Assembly: GCA_030390025.1 (NCBI GenBank)
Contig: CM059452.1
Span: 8,742,001-8,806,000, forward strand
Source: Squalus acanthias
Lineage: Eukaryota
Direction: 5' to 3'
Length of the DNA: 64,000 nucleotides
Part shown: one piece after another, positions 34,662-47,199 of the stretch
How positions within the stretch are numbered: position 1 is the stretch's first letter
Layout of the letters: the number at the start of each line of letters is the position of its first letter
Notes under the pieces: generated by a model
The model's input: the letters and a program-made list of their open reading frames with translations, nothing else
What the model was told of the DNA's origin: nothing
The model's database searches: none
Made by a program: the position numbers and the translations under genes

Positions 34662-34970
34662 CTTTTTCCTTGTGGATGGAATCTCTTATAGGAGTCGGCA
34701 TATCCTGATGGCTCACCACGCAGTAGAACTCATCCCCACTCAGCCAGGCTTGTGTCGAGATGTTTAAGTTGCTGATCACGCTGTTGGGAGCCTCTCCGGG
34801 TTGGACGGCAATCTCTGATTTCAAAGTCTCCTTTTCTCGGGTCCAGGACACGTTGACTCCATAAGGAGCATTAGACACGACGCAGGTTAAGGTCACCGTC
34901 GCCTCCAGTAAAACCTGTTCTAGTGACGGTTGCGGAAGAGTGATTTCTGGATCGTTGCATTGGATCTCAT
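34662..34970 (-). CDS. IGHM: IgM Cmu3 exon
   Basis: [33 protein letters not shown]...W...[22 protein letters not shown]; 309 nt, phase-1 splice sites. Confidence 0.95.
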
Positions 34971-35429
34971 CTGTGAACAGAAATGAAAGTCAAGCAAAGC
35001 TTCATCTTCAGAATCAGGACACCAGTATTCAGCCTTCACTCTCTCAGGGAGAATAAATCAACTTTGAGAGATTAACCTCTCGCTGTTGCATAAACACCAT
35101 CGTTATTGGAAGGACAACGAATTGACAACGATTCCGGGAGACTCTTTAACATTTCCTGTGTATTTGTTCCCAGATCCTCCTGTAATGGGCTGTGAAGCAA
35201 ATACCCCGCGTAAAAACATTGAATAAATTCGGCCGCAATTTTATTAGGCAGTAAATAGCGATCTTCCCGAAATCCCTTGCTCCTTTACGCCCGTCTATAG
35301 ATCCTTGTGCCCGAACGCATTCCCGCTCATTTTAATGGCTCCGCCCCCAGGGTCAAGAGCTCTACACGAATATTACGCTGGTTCAAACCGAGTCTCAAAT
35401 GAAATCCAGGATTTATGGTGCAACAGGAA

Positions 35430-35705
35430 ACAAAGTTCGAATCCGGCCTCGGGTGACTGTCTGTGTGGAGTTTGCACATTCTCCCCGTGTCTGCGTGGGT
35501 TTCCTCCGGGTGCTCCGGTTTCCTCCCACAGTCCAAAGATGTGCGGGTTAGGTTGATTTGGCTATGATAAATTGACCCTTAGTGTTAGGGGGGATTAAAT
35601 ACGTGGGGTTACGGGGATAGGGTGGGATATGTGTCGGTGCAGGCTCGATGGGCCGAAATGGCCTCTATCTGCACTGTGGGGATTCTGTGTGGTTCTGTGA
35701 TTCTG
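35430..35705 (+). mobile_element. V-SINE (HE1-like) element
   Basis: B-box gttcgaatcc; V-domain core 'gtgtggagtttgcacattctccccgtgtctgcgtgggtttcctccgggtgctccggtttcctccca'. Confidence 0.85.
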
Positions 35706-35949
35706 TGAAAGTTAATTTTCTGATGTCTTGTTGCGATTTTGGGGGCGATGAAAATGTGCAGGAATCAGTTGCGGCCCCCGTCAGAGGAGAAGTGAAAGGT
35801 CGGGAGAATGGAGTTCCAAGGGGTCTTTGGGTGGAGAATAATGTGTAATGCCGATGTGAAGTAGTTTGTTCATTTCTGTCATTAGTGAGCACTTAACATG
35901 TCTGGTGAGAGAGAATCAGAAGGAAATATGACCGCAGGGCAGTAATAAC

Positions 35950-36640
35950 AACATAGGAACAGGAGCAGGCCATTCGGCCCATCCAGCCTGTTCCGACATT
36001 CAATGAGATCATGGCTGATCTACACCTCAACACCATCTACCCGCCTTGTTTCTGTAACCCTTGGTACCTTTGCCTAACAAACATCTTACAATCTCAGTTT
36101 TGAAATTTGCAATTGGCCCACAGCCTCAACAGCTTTTGGGGGAGCGAGTTCCAGATTTCCACTGTCCTTTGTGTGAAGAAGTGTTTCCTGACATCACCCC
36201 TGAACGGCTCGGTTCTAATTTGAAGGTTATGCCCCTTGTTCTGGACTCCCGCACCAGAGGAAATAGTTTCTCTCTATCTCCCCTCGCAATTCAATTTATC
36301 AGCTTAAACACCTCAATTAGATCACCTCTTAATCTTCTATATTCAGAGGAATACGAGTCTATCCTGTGCAGCCTCTCCTCATTATTTAACACTTTTATCC
36401 CCGGTATCACAGAATCCCCACAGTGCAGATAGAGGCCGTTTCGGCCCATCGAGCCTGCACCGACACATATCCCACCCTATCCCCGTAACCCCACCTATTT
36501 AATCCCCCTAACACTAAGGGTCAATTTATCATAGCCAAATCAACCTAACCCGCACATCATTCTATTAAATCTGCACTGCGACCCATCCAAGGCCAATATA
36601 TCCTTCCTGATGGGCGGTGCCCAGAATTGAACGCAGTTCT
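35950..36640 (-). mobile_element. CR1 3' fragment interrupted by an inverted V-SINE 3' piece (36407-36558)
   Basis: CR1 3' UTR and C-terminal similarity on both sides of the insert. Confidence 0.75.
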
Positions 36641-36849
36641 CTAAATAGAACAGATGCCCTTTCTAGCAGTGGGTCCCGAGACAGTTACCAGTAAAGAGTT
36701 CCAGACACCTACTGTCGCTCCGAATATGATCAGCCAACTCAGGATAAACCTGAGACCGAGGACACCTCACTCACTGACGGACATCAGAGCAGAGAGAAAC
36801 CTTCTTTGGCGAGGTTATGGAATCATGAACCTGAGGAATCCTGATTCAG

Positions 36850-37275
36850 AAGATAGTGGGTTCAAGTCTCACTCCAGATACTTGAACACAAAATGTAAAT
36901 TGACACACCCAGTGCAGCACTGAGGGAGAGCTGCACTGTCGGAGGTGCCGTCTTTCGCTTGAGAAGTTAAACCGAAGCCCCGTCTGCCCTCTCAGGTGGA
37001 CGCCAAAGATCCCATGGCACTATTTGGAGGAGAGCGGGGGAGTTCTCCCAGGTGTCCTGGCCAATATTTCTCCCTCAACAAACATCACTAAACAACAGGA
37101 TTATCTGATCATTATCACATTGCTGTTTGTGGGACTTTACTGTCTGCAAATTGGCCGATGCGATTTCTACATTACAACAGTGACCACATTTCAGGAAGTA
37201 CTTCCTTGGCGGTAAAGTGCTTTGGGACGTCTGGAGGTCGGGAATGGCGCTATGTAAAGGCAGTTCTTTCTTTTA
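36850..37275 (+). mobile_element. Deu-domain-like SINE, second copy
   Basis: Similar to 1465-1925; lies between two copies of a ~130-bp local duplication (36715-36845, 37325-37440). Confidence 0.8.
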
Positions 37276-37578
37276 TTTTATATTGGAAGAAAACACAAAC
37301 AGCATGATTGGAAATTAGAATTAGAGCTTTCTCAGGGTAAACCTGAGACTAAGAACACCTCACTCACTGTCTGACATCACAGCTGAGGGAAACCTTTGGC
37401 GAAGTGATGGAATCCTGAACCGTGAGGAACCCTGAGTCAGCACTGACATCGGAAGGAAACATAAACTGTATGATTGGAAATTAGAAACAGTTCTGCGCTT
37501 TTTACTAATTCCAATAAAAGTCCTGACTGAGATCGGCGCTCAGAATGATCTGGAACTTCCCGGGGTTGTGTCACTTAC

Positions 37579-37896
37579 CCTTAGATCTGGAGATGTTTCT
37601 GCTTTGGGTGACCCCTTGATGAGAGACCTGGCAGGTATAGACTGAGTCGGCGAACCAATCCCTGGCGGGGAATGTCAGCCGACTGGTCGCCGAGAAGTTC
37701 CCGTTCACTTCAAAGACGGGAGAGGTAACGAAGCCTAAATCCATGAGTTGTCCTTTCTTCAGCCAATTCACGGTCAGTGACTTTGGACGGAAATCGATGA
37801 TTGAACAGACGGCGGTTACAGACCTGCTGCTGATGATTTCTTCATTGGAACTCAGGGTGAGGATCACAGTTGGAGGGACGATATCACGTTTCCAAC
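37579..37896 (-). CDS. IGHM: IgM Cmu2 exon
   Basis: [12 protein letters not shown]...VCSIIDFRP...VNW...[20 protein letters not shown]; 318 nt, AG/GTAAGT. Confidence 0.95.
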
Positions 37897-38019
37897 CTTC
37901 AAAAGAACACATGTTAATGAAATTCCTTATAAAATAAATGATTAAGAAATGCAAAGTGTCCTTATATTTTAACAGGCCCTTTACTGTCAGGCTCACACTA
38001 ACCTGGCACTTCCAGAGAG

Positions 38020-39420
38020 CAGAACTTTGCACAGTATTCTAAGAGCGATATGGAGACCGGAACTCTACACAGTACAGGAAGTGTGCTATGGAGACCAGAA
38101 CTCTACACAGTACTCTAAGTGTGATATGGAGAACAGAACTGTGCACAGTACACTAAGTGTGATATGGAGAACAGAACTGTGCACAGTACACTAAGTGTGA
38201 TATGGAGAACAGAACTGTGCACAGTACACTAAGTGTGATATGGAGAACAGAACTGTGCACAGTACACTAAGTGTGATATGGAGAACAGAACTGTGCACAG
38301 TACACTAAGTGTGATATGGAGAACAGAACTGTGCACAGTACTCTAAGTGTGATATGGAGACGAGAACTGTGCACAGTACACTAAGTGTGATATGGAGAAC
38401 AGAACTGTGCACAGTACACTAAGTGTGATATGGAGAACAGAACTGTGCACAGTACACTAAGTGTGATATGGAGAACAGAACTGTGCACAGTACACTAAGT
38501 GTGATATGGAGAACAGAACTGTGCACAGTACACTAAGTGTGATATGGAGAACAGAACTGTGCACAGTACACTAAGTGTGATATGGAGAACAGAACTGTGC
38601 ACAGTACTCTAAGTGTGATATGGAGACGAGAACTGTGCACAGTACACTAAGTGTGATATGGAGAACAGAACTGTGCACAGTACATTAAGTGTGATATGGA
38701 GAACAGAACTGTGCACAGTACATTAAGTGTGATATGGAGAACAGAACTGTGCACAGAATTGTAAGTGTGATATGGAGACCAGAACTGTGCACAGTACACT
38801 AAGTGTGATATGGAGAACAGAACTGTGCACAGTACACTAAGTGTGATATGCAGAACAGAACTGTGCACAGTACATTAAGTGTGATATGGAGAACAGAACT
38901 GTGCACAGAATTGTAAGTGTGATATGGAGAACAGGACTGTGCACAGTACACTAAGTGTGATATGGAGAACAGAACTGTGCACAGTACACTAAGTGTGACA
39001 TGGAGACCAGAACTGTGCTCAGCACTCCAAGTGTGATATGGAGACCAGGACTGTGCACAGTATTGTAAGTGTGATATGGAGAACAGAACTGTGCACAGAA
39101 TTGTAAGTGTAATATGGAGACGAGAACTGTGCACAGTACACTAAGTGTGATATGGAGACTACAACTGTTCACAATACTCTAAGTATGTTGTGGAGACCAG
39201 AACTGTGCACAGTATTGTAAATCTGATATGGAGGCCAGAAATGCGCTCAGCACTCCAAGTGTGATATGGAGACCAGAACTGTGCTCAATGCACTAAGTGT
39301 AATATGGAGACTGGAACTCTGCAAAGTACACTAAGTGTGATATGGAGACCAGAAGTGTGCACAGTACTCTATACGTGGGATATGGAGACCAAAACTGTCC
39401 ACAATACTCCAAGTGTGGAC
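38020..39420. repeat. 38-bp minisatellite (~36 copies) in the Cmu1-Cmu2 intron, apparently CR1-derived
   Basis: Unit gtgtgatatggagaacagaactgtgcacagtacactaa. The minus strand reads HL.YCAQF(W/C)SPY, like CR1 ORF2 HLEYCVQFWSPY. Confidence 0.92.
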
Positions 39421-39495
39421 TAACCAGGTTTCGGCAAAAGTTGAGCATAACGCCTCACCTTTTCACAGCTCCCCCCTGTATCCCACAAAACTGAC

Positions 39496-39795
39496 CTGGC
39501 ATTTTGACGCTTAAGTCCGACCCACTTTGTCGAACCTGGCAGTAGATTGTGCTGCTCCCCACCTCTGACTCGGTGATGGTTAACTGGCTGCTCAGGGTGT
39601 AGGTTCCCTTCTTGTTGAACACTGACGGGTAGGTCTTCAATCCAGTGGTGATCGGCTCTTTATCTTTACTCCAGGAAAGGCTGGTGATTTCCGGGAAGTA
39701 GTCCATCGCCAAACAGCCGTAGGTGACGGGGCCGCCGGTGTTGGGTTGTTCACAGGAGGAGAGCAGGGCGTAGAGGGTGGGAGGAGACTGTGTCG
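39496..39795 (-). CDS. IGHM: IgM Cmu1 exon
   Basis: [34 protein letters not shown]...SW...IYCQVR...MP; 300 nt, AG/GTCAGT; light-chain-linking Cys position retained. Confidence 0.95.
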
Positions 39796-41489
39796 CTGGG
39801 AAAGAATGGCCAATTGAACAAGTTAGACTCTGTAATCCGTGCTTACAACATAACCAACAACTCGAAATGTGACTACAGGATGAACTAATTCCATCATTTG
39901 CCGATCAAAACCTAGATCAGCATTTGAGTTTCTGTGAGTTGTGAGACCCGACGTGAAACGCCTTCATGTGACTCCAGTCTTGTACATAAGAAAAGTCAGG
40001 AGTCTGAAAGGGGCATTCTGTCCATGAGGCCCCTTTATACCGAGTGAATGCTGGAATATTGTATCGTGGACTTCCTCCAGCTCTTGATCCCCTGTTATGG
40101 AACACTCCCCTCATTCCTCAACCACTTTCACATTAGATTCTTTCACATTCTGTCCACTGAGCTCCTCCCTACATCCTTTTGCTGTCAGCCTCTTATTATC
40201 AGCACAGAATCAGGCCATTCCATGATATCAAAGTGTCGTCATCTCTCCATTGTAAGATGCTGCCTTAAAACCTACCTCTTTGACCAAGCTTTTGGTCAAC
40301 TGTCAGAGTAATTACCAACCATACTAAAGAATAAAATTATGTGTCTAATGTGGCTCGGTGTCAGATTGTATCTGCTTCCGCTCCTGTGAATCGTCTTGGG
40401 AGGTTTTACTACGTTAAAGGCGCTATATAAATGCAAGTTGTTGTTTTCAGGGGATAGACTTGTTTGAATAGCGGTGGGATTAGTTCTCCTAATCACACAA
40501 CTCCTACAGCTAGATCTACTAGTTGTATTACCTTTAAAACAAATCCCAGCATGTTTATAGAGCATGACCAGAATTATAAAATATTACAACTTTACAGCAC
40601 AGAAGGAGGCCATTCGGCACATCACGCCTCTGAAAGATCTCTCCACCAATCCCGTGCAACTTCCAATTCCCAATCATCTCAACTGTGCAATTTTATCGAG
40701 CTATTGTGGATTCTGCATGCAGCCCTCTTTCTGATAGGACATCCCATGTTCAACAGCCCCCTGTGTAGAAAAGTAGAATAATACCCTCTCCCTTCATTCT
40801 GTTGCTGCTGATTTTCAATCAGTGCCAGTTACTCACCAACTCACCGACCCGGGGAAATATGTTTCCCGAATCCCTTCATAAAACCCTTCATAATTCCAAA
40901 CCCCTCTATCAGACCTCATCTAAATCTTCTTTGTTCCCATGACAATAAAGGACGTTTACAATAAATGGTTGAAGTCTCCTTTAAAATGTGAACGGAATAA
41001 TTCAGCGCACAGATTTGAATCGGGAACTTTTGCACAGCCTGGTTTCTAAGATTCAAGCTTTAGATGAATCGGGATTGATTCGAGTTTCTCTCTTTCCTTC
41101 TCAGAATTGGAGGGAGAGCGATGCAGTGTGACTTGTGCTCTGTCCCATTCTACTGAATGGATGTCTCCTGAGTTCCCTCCTCCCACTCACTCAATTAAAT
41201 AACCCGAATTAAGTACAATTCCCAAAGCCGATTATATGGAACGATGCTCTTTAAATGGTCCATTTCATTTTCCAAATTACTTTCCAACCTCCCACCAGTG
41301 AGAACAGGCGCTGCTTTCTGGGTCGTTACAGTCACTTCTTGTTGCTGTTTGTACCGAACATAATCTAAACATCGGACAGGTTTCTTCTCTAAATATCTAA
41401 TATTGGCAATCCTTAAACATTATAAATCGATTGGATATCAGCGGGTTCTATGCAAGGAAGGACAAACAATAACTAATGTGCTGACTGCT

Positions 41490-42180
41490 GATATGGGCAA
41501 CTCTCGCTTCTGGTTTGTGGGGGAAGCAAGAGCAGAGGGACCTGGGTGCTTATTCACAAATCTGTGAAGGTGGCAGGGCAAGTTGATCAGGCGGTTACGG
41601 AAGTGTGTGGGATACTTGCCACTGTAAAAGGGGCATTGAATACAAAAACAAGGAAGTCCTGCTAAACCTTTACAAATCACTGGTTAGGCATCAGATGGAG
41701 TAGTGTATACAATTCTGACACCACAATTTAGGAAGGATGACAAGGCCTTGAGGGTACAGAGGAGGTTGACCAGGATGATACCAGGGATGAGAGACTTCAG
41801 TTATGTGGAGAGATTGGATAAGCTGGGATTGTTCCTTGGAGCAGAGAAGGTTAAGGGGAGACCTAATAGAGCTGTTCAAAATTGTGAGAGGTTTTGTCAG
41901 AGCAAGTCGGGAGAAACGGTTTCTTCTGGCGAGTATGTCGGTAACCAAAGGTCACAGATTTAAAATAATTGGCAAAATATCTAGAGGGGAAATGAGGCTC
42001 ATTTTTTCAAACAGAGGGTTGTTAATTTCTGGAATGTACGAGGCAACTGGACATGTTCTTGAAGAGGACTCATTGGAGGGTTACGAGGAAAAGTTGGGAT
42101 TTGATTGGACAGCTCGTTCAGAGCCAGCACAGGCAAGACGGGCCGAACGGCCCCTTCTGTGCTCTGAGATTCTGTGATTC
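41490..42180 (+). mobile_element. CR1 LINE 3' fragment
   Basis: RVQRRLTRMIPGMRDFSYVERL..., RRLRGDLIELFKI. Confidence 0.85.
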
Positions 42181-42939
42181 TACACGGCTCAGCGGAATTA
42201 GTTCTTCCCGATTTAATGGAAGGAAACGCTTCATAATGTTGAACACCTCTATCAGATCTATTTTATTGTTTGTTATAATGCAAGAGGATGTTTAAAATAA
42301 AGGAACTGAGGAATTTGACACAAATGATTCAATCGGATACCGTCACAGAGTCTTAAAGCTTATTGTGAATGACGACTCATCGCAGGCTGACTGTTTCTCT
42401 TTAAATGTTTCACAGAGGTGCGGCTCAGTGACTGTGAGCCTTGTGCTGTGACCCAGTCCAATAGCTGCACCTCACCCGAGTTTGTCCCTGCCTGTTACCT
42501 TTTTAAAAACAATTGAACGAAATAATGCTTTCAAACATAAGGTTCCCATGATGGTTATTTGGAGCGGGAGTCTCGACATTCTCCATTTAAATTCTCAAAA
42601 TAACTTCCCGCCTCCCATCAGATCAGAACAGGCGCTGCTTTCTGGAGCGTTACAGTCACTTCCTGAAACTGTTTGTTCTGAAAGTGAGCTCAGGATCAGG
42701 CCAATCTCATTCAATCATTATCTGATACTCAAAATGTTTAAAGTTTATCAATTCATTAAAAAATGGGCAGTTTTATTTGCAATGAGGTTAAACTCAATTA
42801 ATGCGCGGTTGTTTCATCGGAGCAATGGAAAGTTTTATTTTTATATATCTGGCTCGGAGAACTCACACTTTATTAGTTGGATGCACATTAAGGTTCCTTG
42901 AACAACACGGGACAAAGCACTCACAGATCTGTTACAGTA

Positions 42940-45030
42940 CAGATACAGAGTAAAGCTCCCTCTGCACTGCCCTGCCATACGCTGTACCCTCAGGTATAGG
43001 AAGGGATTGATTCCGAGCAACGCCAAGTCTGCACAGCACTGTCAAACACTCCGGGTAAGGCACCGCACTGGTTAAATACAGAGTAAAGCCCCATCTACAT
43101 TGCACAATCAAACATTCCCAGGGCAGGTACAACATGGGCTAGATACAGAGTAAATTCTCCCTCTACACTGAACCATCAAAGATTCACGGGGCATAACAGC
43201 ACGGGTTAGATACAGAGTAAAGCTCCGTCTACACTGTCCAATCAAATCAAACACTCCCAGGGCAGGTACAGCACGGGTTCGATACAGAGTAAAGCTCCGT
43301 CTACACTTTCCAATCAAACACTCCCAGGGCAGGTACAGTACGGTTAGATACAGAGTAAATCGCCCTCTAAACTGTCCCATCAAACAATTCTGGGGCAGCT
43401 ACAGCATGGGTTACACACAGTAAAGCTCCCTCTACACTGTCCCATCAAACACTCCCAGGGCAGGTACAGCACGGGTTAGATACAGAGTAAAGCTCCCATC
43501 AAACACTCCCAGGGCAGGTACAGCACGGATTAGATGCAGAGTAAAGCTCCCTCTACACTGTCCCATCAAGCACTCCCAGGACAAGTACAGCACGGGTTAG
43601 ATACAGAGTAAAGCTCCCACTACACTGTCCCATCAAACACTCCCAGGACAGGTACAGCACGGGTTAGATACAGAGTAAAGCTCCCTCTACACTGTCCCAT
43701 CAAACACTCCCAGGACAAGTACAGCACGGGTTAGATACAGAGTAAAGCTCCCTCTACACTGTCCCATCAAACACTCCCAGGGCAGGTACAGCACGGTTAG
43801 ATACAGAGTAAAGCTCCCTCTACACTGTCCCATCAAACACTCCCAGGGCAGGTACAGCACGGGTTAGATACAGAGTAAAGCTCCCTCTACACTGTCCCAT
43901 CAAACACTCCCAGGGCAGGTACAGCACGGGTTAGATACAGAGTAAAGCTCCCTCTACACTGTCCCATCAAACACTCCCAGGGCAGGTACAGCACGGGTTA
44001 GATACAGAGTAAAGCTCCCTCTACACTGTCCCATCAAACACTCCCAGGGCAGGTACAGCACGGGTTAGATACAGAGTAAAGCTCCCTCTACACTGTCCCA
44101 TCAAACACTCCCAGGGCAGGTACAGCACGGGTTAGATACAGAGTAAAGCTCCCTCTACACTGTCCCATCAAACACTCCCAGGGCAGGTACAGCACGGGTT
44201 AGATACAGAGTAAAGCTCCCTCTACACTGTCCCATCAAACACTCCCAGGGCAGGTACAGCACGGGTTAGATACAGAGTAAAGCTCCTCTACACTGTCCCA
44301 TCAAACACTCCCAGGGCAGGTACAGCACGGGTTAGATACAGAGTAAAGCTCCCTCTACACTGTCCCATCAAACACTCCCAGGGCAGGTACAGCACGGATT
44401 AGATGCAGAGTAAAGCTCCCTCTACACTGTCCCATCAAGCACTCCCAGGACAGGTACAGCACGGGTTAGATACAGAGTAAAGTTCCCTCTACACTGTCCC
44501 ATCAAACACTCCCAGGGCAGGTACAGCACGGGTTAGATACAGAGTAAAGCTCCCTCTACACTGTCCCATCAAGCACTCCCAGGACAGGTACAGCACGGGT
44601 TAGATACAGAGTAAAGCTCCCTCTACACTGTCCCATCAAACACTCCCAGGGCAGGTACAGCACGGGTTAGATACAGAGTAAAGCTCCCTCTACACTGTCC
44701 CATCAAACACTCCCAGGGCAGGTACAGCACGGATTAGATGCAGAGTAAAGCTCCCTCTACACTGTCCATCAAACACTCCCAGGGCAGGTACAGCACGGGT
44801 TAGATACAGAGTAAAGCTCCCTCTACACTGTCCCATCAAACACTCCCAGGGCAGGTACAGCACGGGTTAGATACAGAGTAAAGCTCCCTCTACACTGTCC
44901 CATCAAACACTCCCAGGGCAGGTACAGCACGGGTTAGATACAGAGTAAAGCTCCCTCTACACTGTCCCATCAAACACTCCCAGGGCAGGTACGGCACGGG
45001 TTAGAAACTGATTAAAGCTCCTTCTACAGT
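42940..45030. repeat. 67-bp satellite, ~30 copies, in the JH-Cmu1 intron
   Basis: Unit cagagtaaagctccctctacactgtcccatcaaacactcccagggcaggtacagcacgggttagata. Confidence 0.95.
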
Positions 45031-47199
45031 CTGCCAGACGTGTTTCTGAAATGCTCCTTCTGAATGTCACAAACTGGGTTACTGAGTCCAGTTCGGAGGC
45101 GCCTCCTCAAACTTAAAGTCAAACTATCGCATTTCTCACAGATACAAGCTTCTGAAATAAATGAGTCGAATTGTACTCCATGAAACACAAGAGAACAAAC
45201 CAGCAGGTTTACAACCAGTCAGGAGGACTCCTGATTCTCACACAGTGAGCAGGCGCACAGAAACAGAACAGACACAAACGGTGCAACAATCGTGCTCTCA
45301 GCAGATAGATCTGTTCAATCTGTCAATTTCAATGAAGCTGATTTCTGATTGATCTCTTGTCAATTTCCGACCACCTCAAGTCTGCACGTTTTTTGAAATT
45401 AAACTGATATTAATTTGAAAAACTCTCTTCGACTTCCAACCATTTCTCCCTCCCTGTCTACAATCTTACAAACAAATAAGATTTAGCTTCCCTGAAAACT
45501 AGTTTACTGAAATAATTCACATTACAGGGTAATTTGCTGCATATAACAGGGACTCCGTGACAGAGCAAGAATTTAACGAACTAGGAACCACTGGGTTAAT
45601 ATAATTTCATAATTAAATATAACCGGTAAAATCATCGAGGCAAAACACGAAGTTAATTCATTAAAATCTGCGGCGACACCTTCTCGAGCTGAGCACAGCT
45701 GAGTAAGACATGTATTGTTTCTAAATTAATTTTAGACATAATTTAAAATTCTCTCCAACCCTTGAGATTTTACAGTAACTGTAATCCTGTCCAGTATACA
45801 ACGCAATTGTGGGAGGTCATTTATGTTTAATAAATTCGCACTCATATTATATTCTAAGTTAATATTGATGTTAGCTGCATTATAATAAAATTAGTTGATA
45901 TTAATTTTAATCCTGTTTCTGCCTGGTAACTTGTGAACTTATAGGGTTTCAATTAAATTAACATGACACTTATCAATATTAAAATATTAAGAATCATATT
46001 AATAGATAAAGACATTCAGACAAATATATTACTTTTACTTAAATCAAATCACATTTGAATAAGTTAAAATGGTCACTAACTTCTAATACATTCCCGCTCT
46101 CTATCTACACACTTGTAAACTCTGCATGTTTCTGAACTCTCTGATACAACATAAACTCCATCTTTTCTCAGAGTGGATTTCACATGATGGATTTAGGAGT
46201 GGACTATTTTAAATAGTTCAAAGTCTGGCCGTGGTCACATCTCACTAACTACCGATGGACTGTAACACCGTATGTTTACTAAAGCAGGGCTCTCGAGTTT
46301 AAACATTGTCCTCAATCTTAACTATAAATACTATTTTCGTGAATTAAAAGACAACCGGCCAGTTTGCAGTCAGTAACAGAGACTCCGCTATTTAATAACA
46401 CAGACAATCTTTTTATACTTTACTCCCGTAATTCACACAATGCTCGTAAATTAATTATTAAATATATTCTGCTATTTATTGAAAATCAGTTCCAGAATGA
46501 TCAATGTAAAACTGGCGGAGAACAAATCAATCAGACCATCTGCGACACTGAAATTTAATGAGCAAATGGAGGAGAGATTTTGTTGATCAATTTAACATTA
46601 ATGAGAATTAAACATAACTCTCAGATGTAATCTGTTCACTGTCTATAATTCTATCCCGTATACAGCACAGCTATGGGAGACAGGATGTTGTTATTAAATT
46701 CAAAACTAATATTAACCTTTTGTAATTAAATTAATCTGCTTGAATGTCAATGGGTTATTTGTCTGTCTCCAGCCTTACGCAGTCTGCACCTTCCGTGAAT
46801 TTAAATAGAATCATATGAACAATTCTTTGACTGCCAGCGACCGCTCAGCCTATGATCTTACAAACTGTTTAAGATTAGTTTAGTGATAATTGTCTCGCTA
46901 TCAAACAACAAATAATATTGAAGGAATAACATGGTTTCCGCTGCACAGTAAGAATTTAATAACCCGGCAGATTTATTACATTTACAAACTGCAATTTATA
47001 CTCGCATTTAATGCATAATTAAATACAATCTGTCATTCATCTGTGTGAAACAGGGAGATAACAATTAATTTCAAACCCCTCATTAAACTGAACACTGCGG
47101 TGGAATCAGTCTGCTGTTATTAAAATAATTTCAGACATAATCAGAAATTGTCTCCAGCCTCTAAAATTCTCCGCTCAGGTTAATTGTGACCAGTGCACA

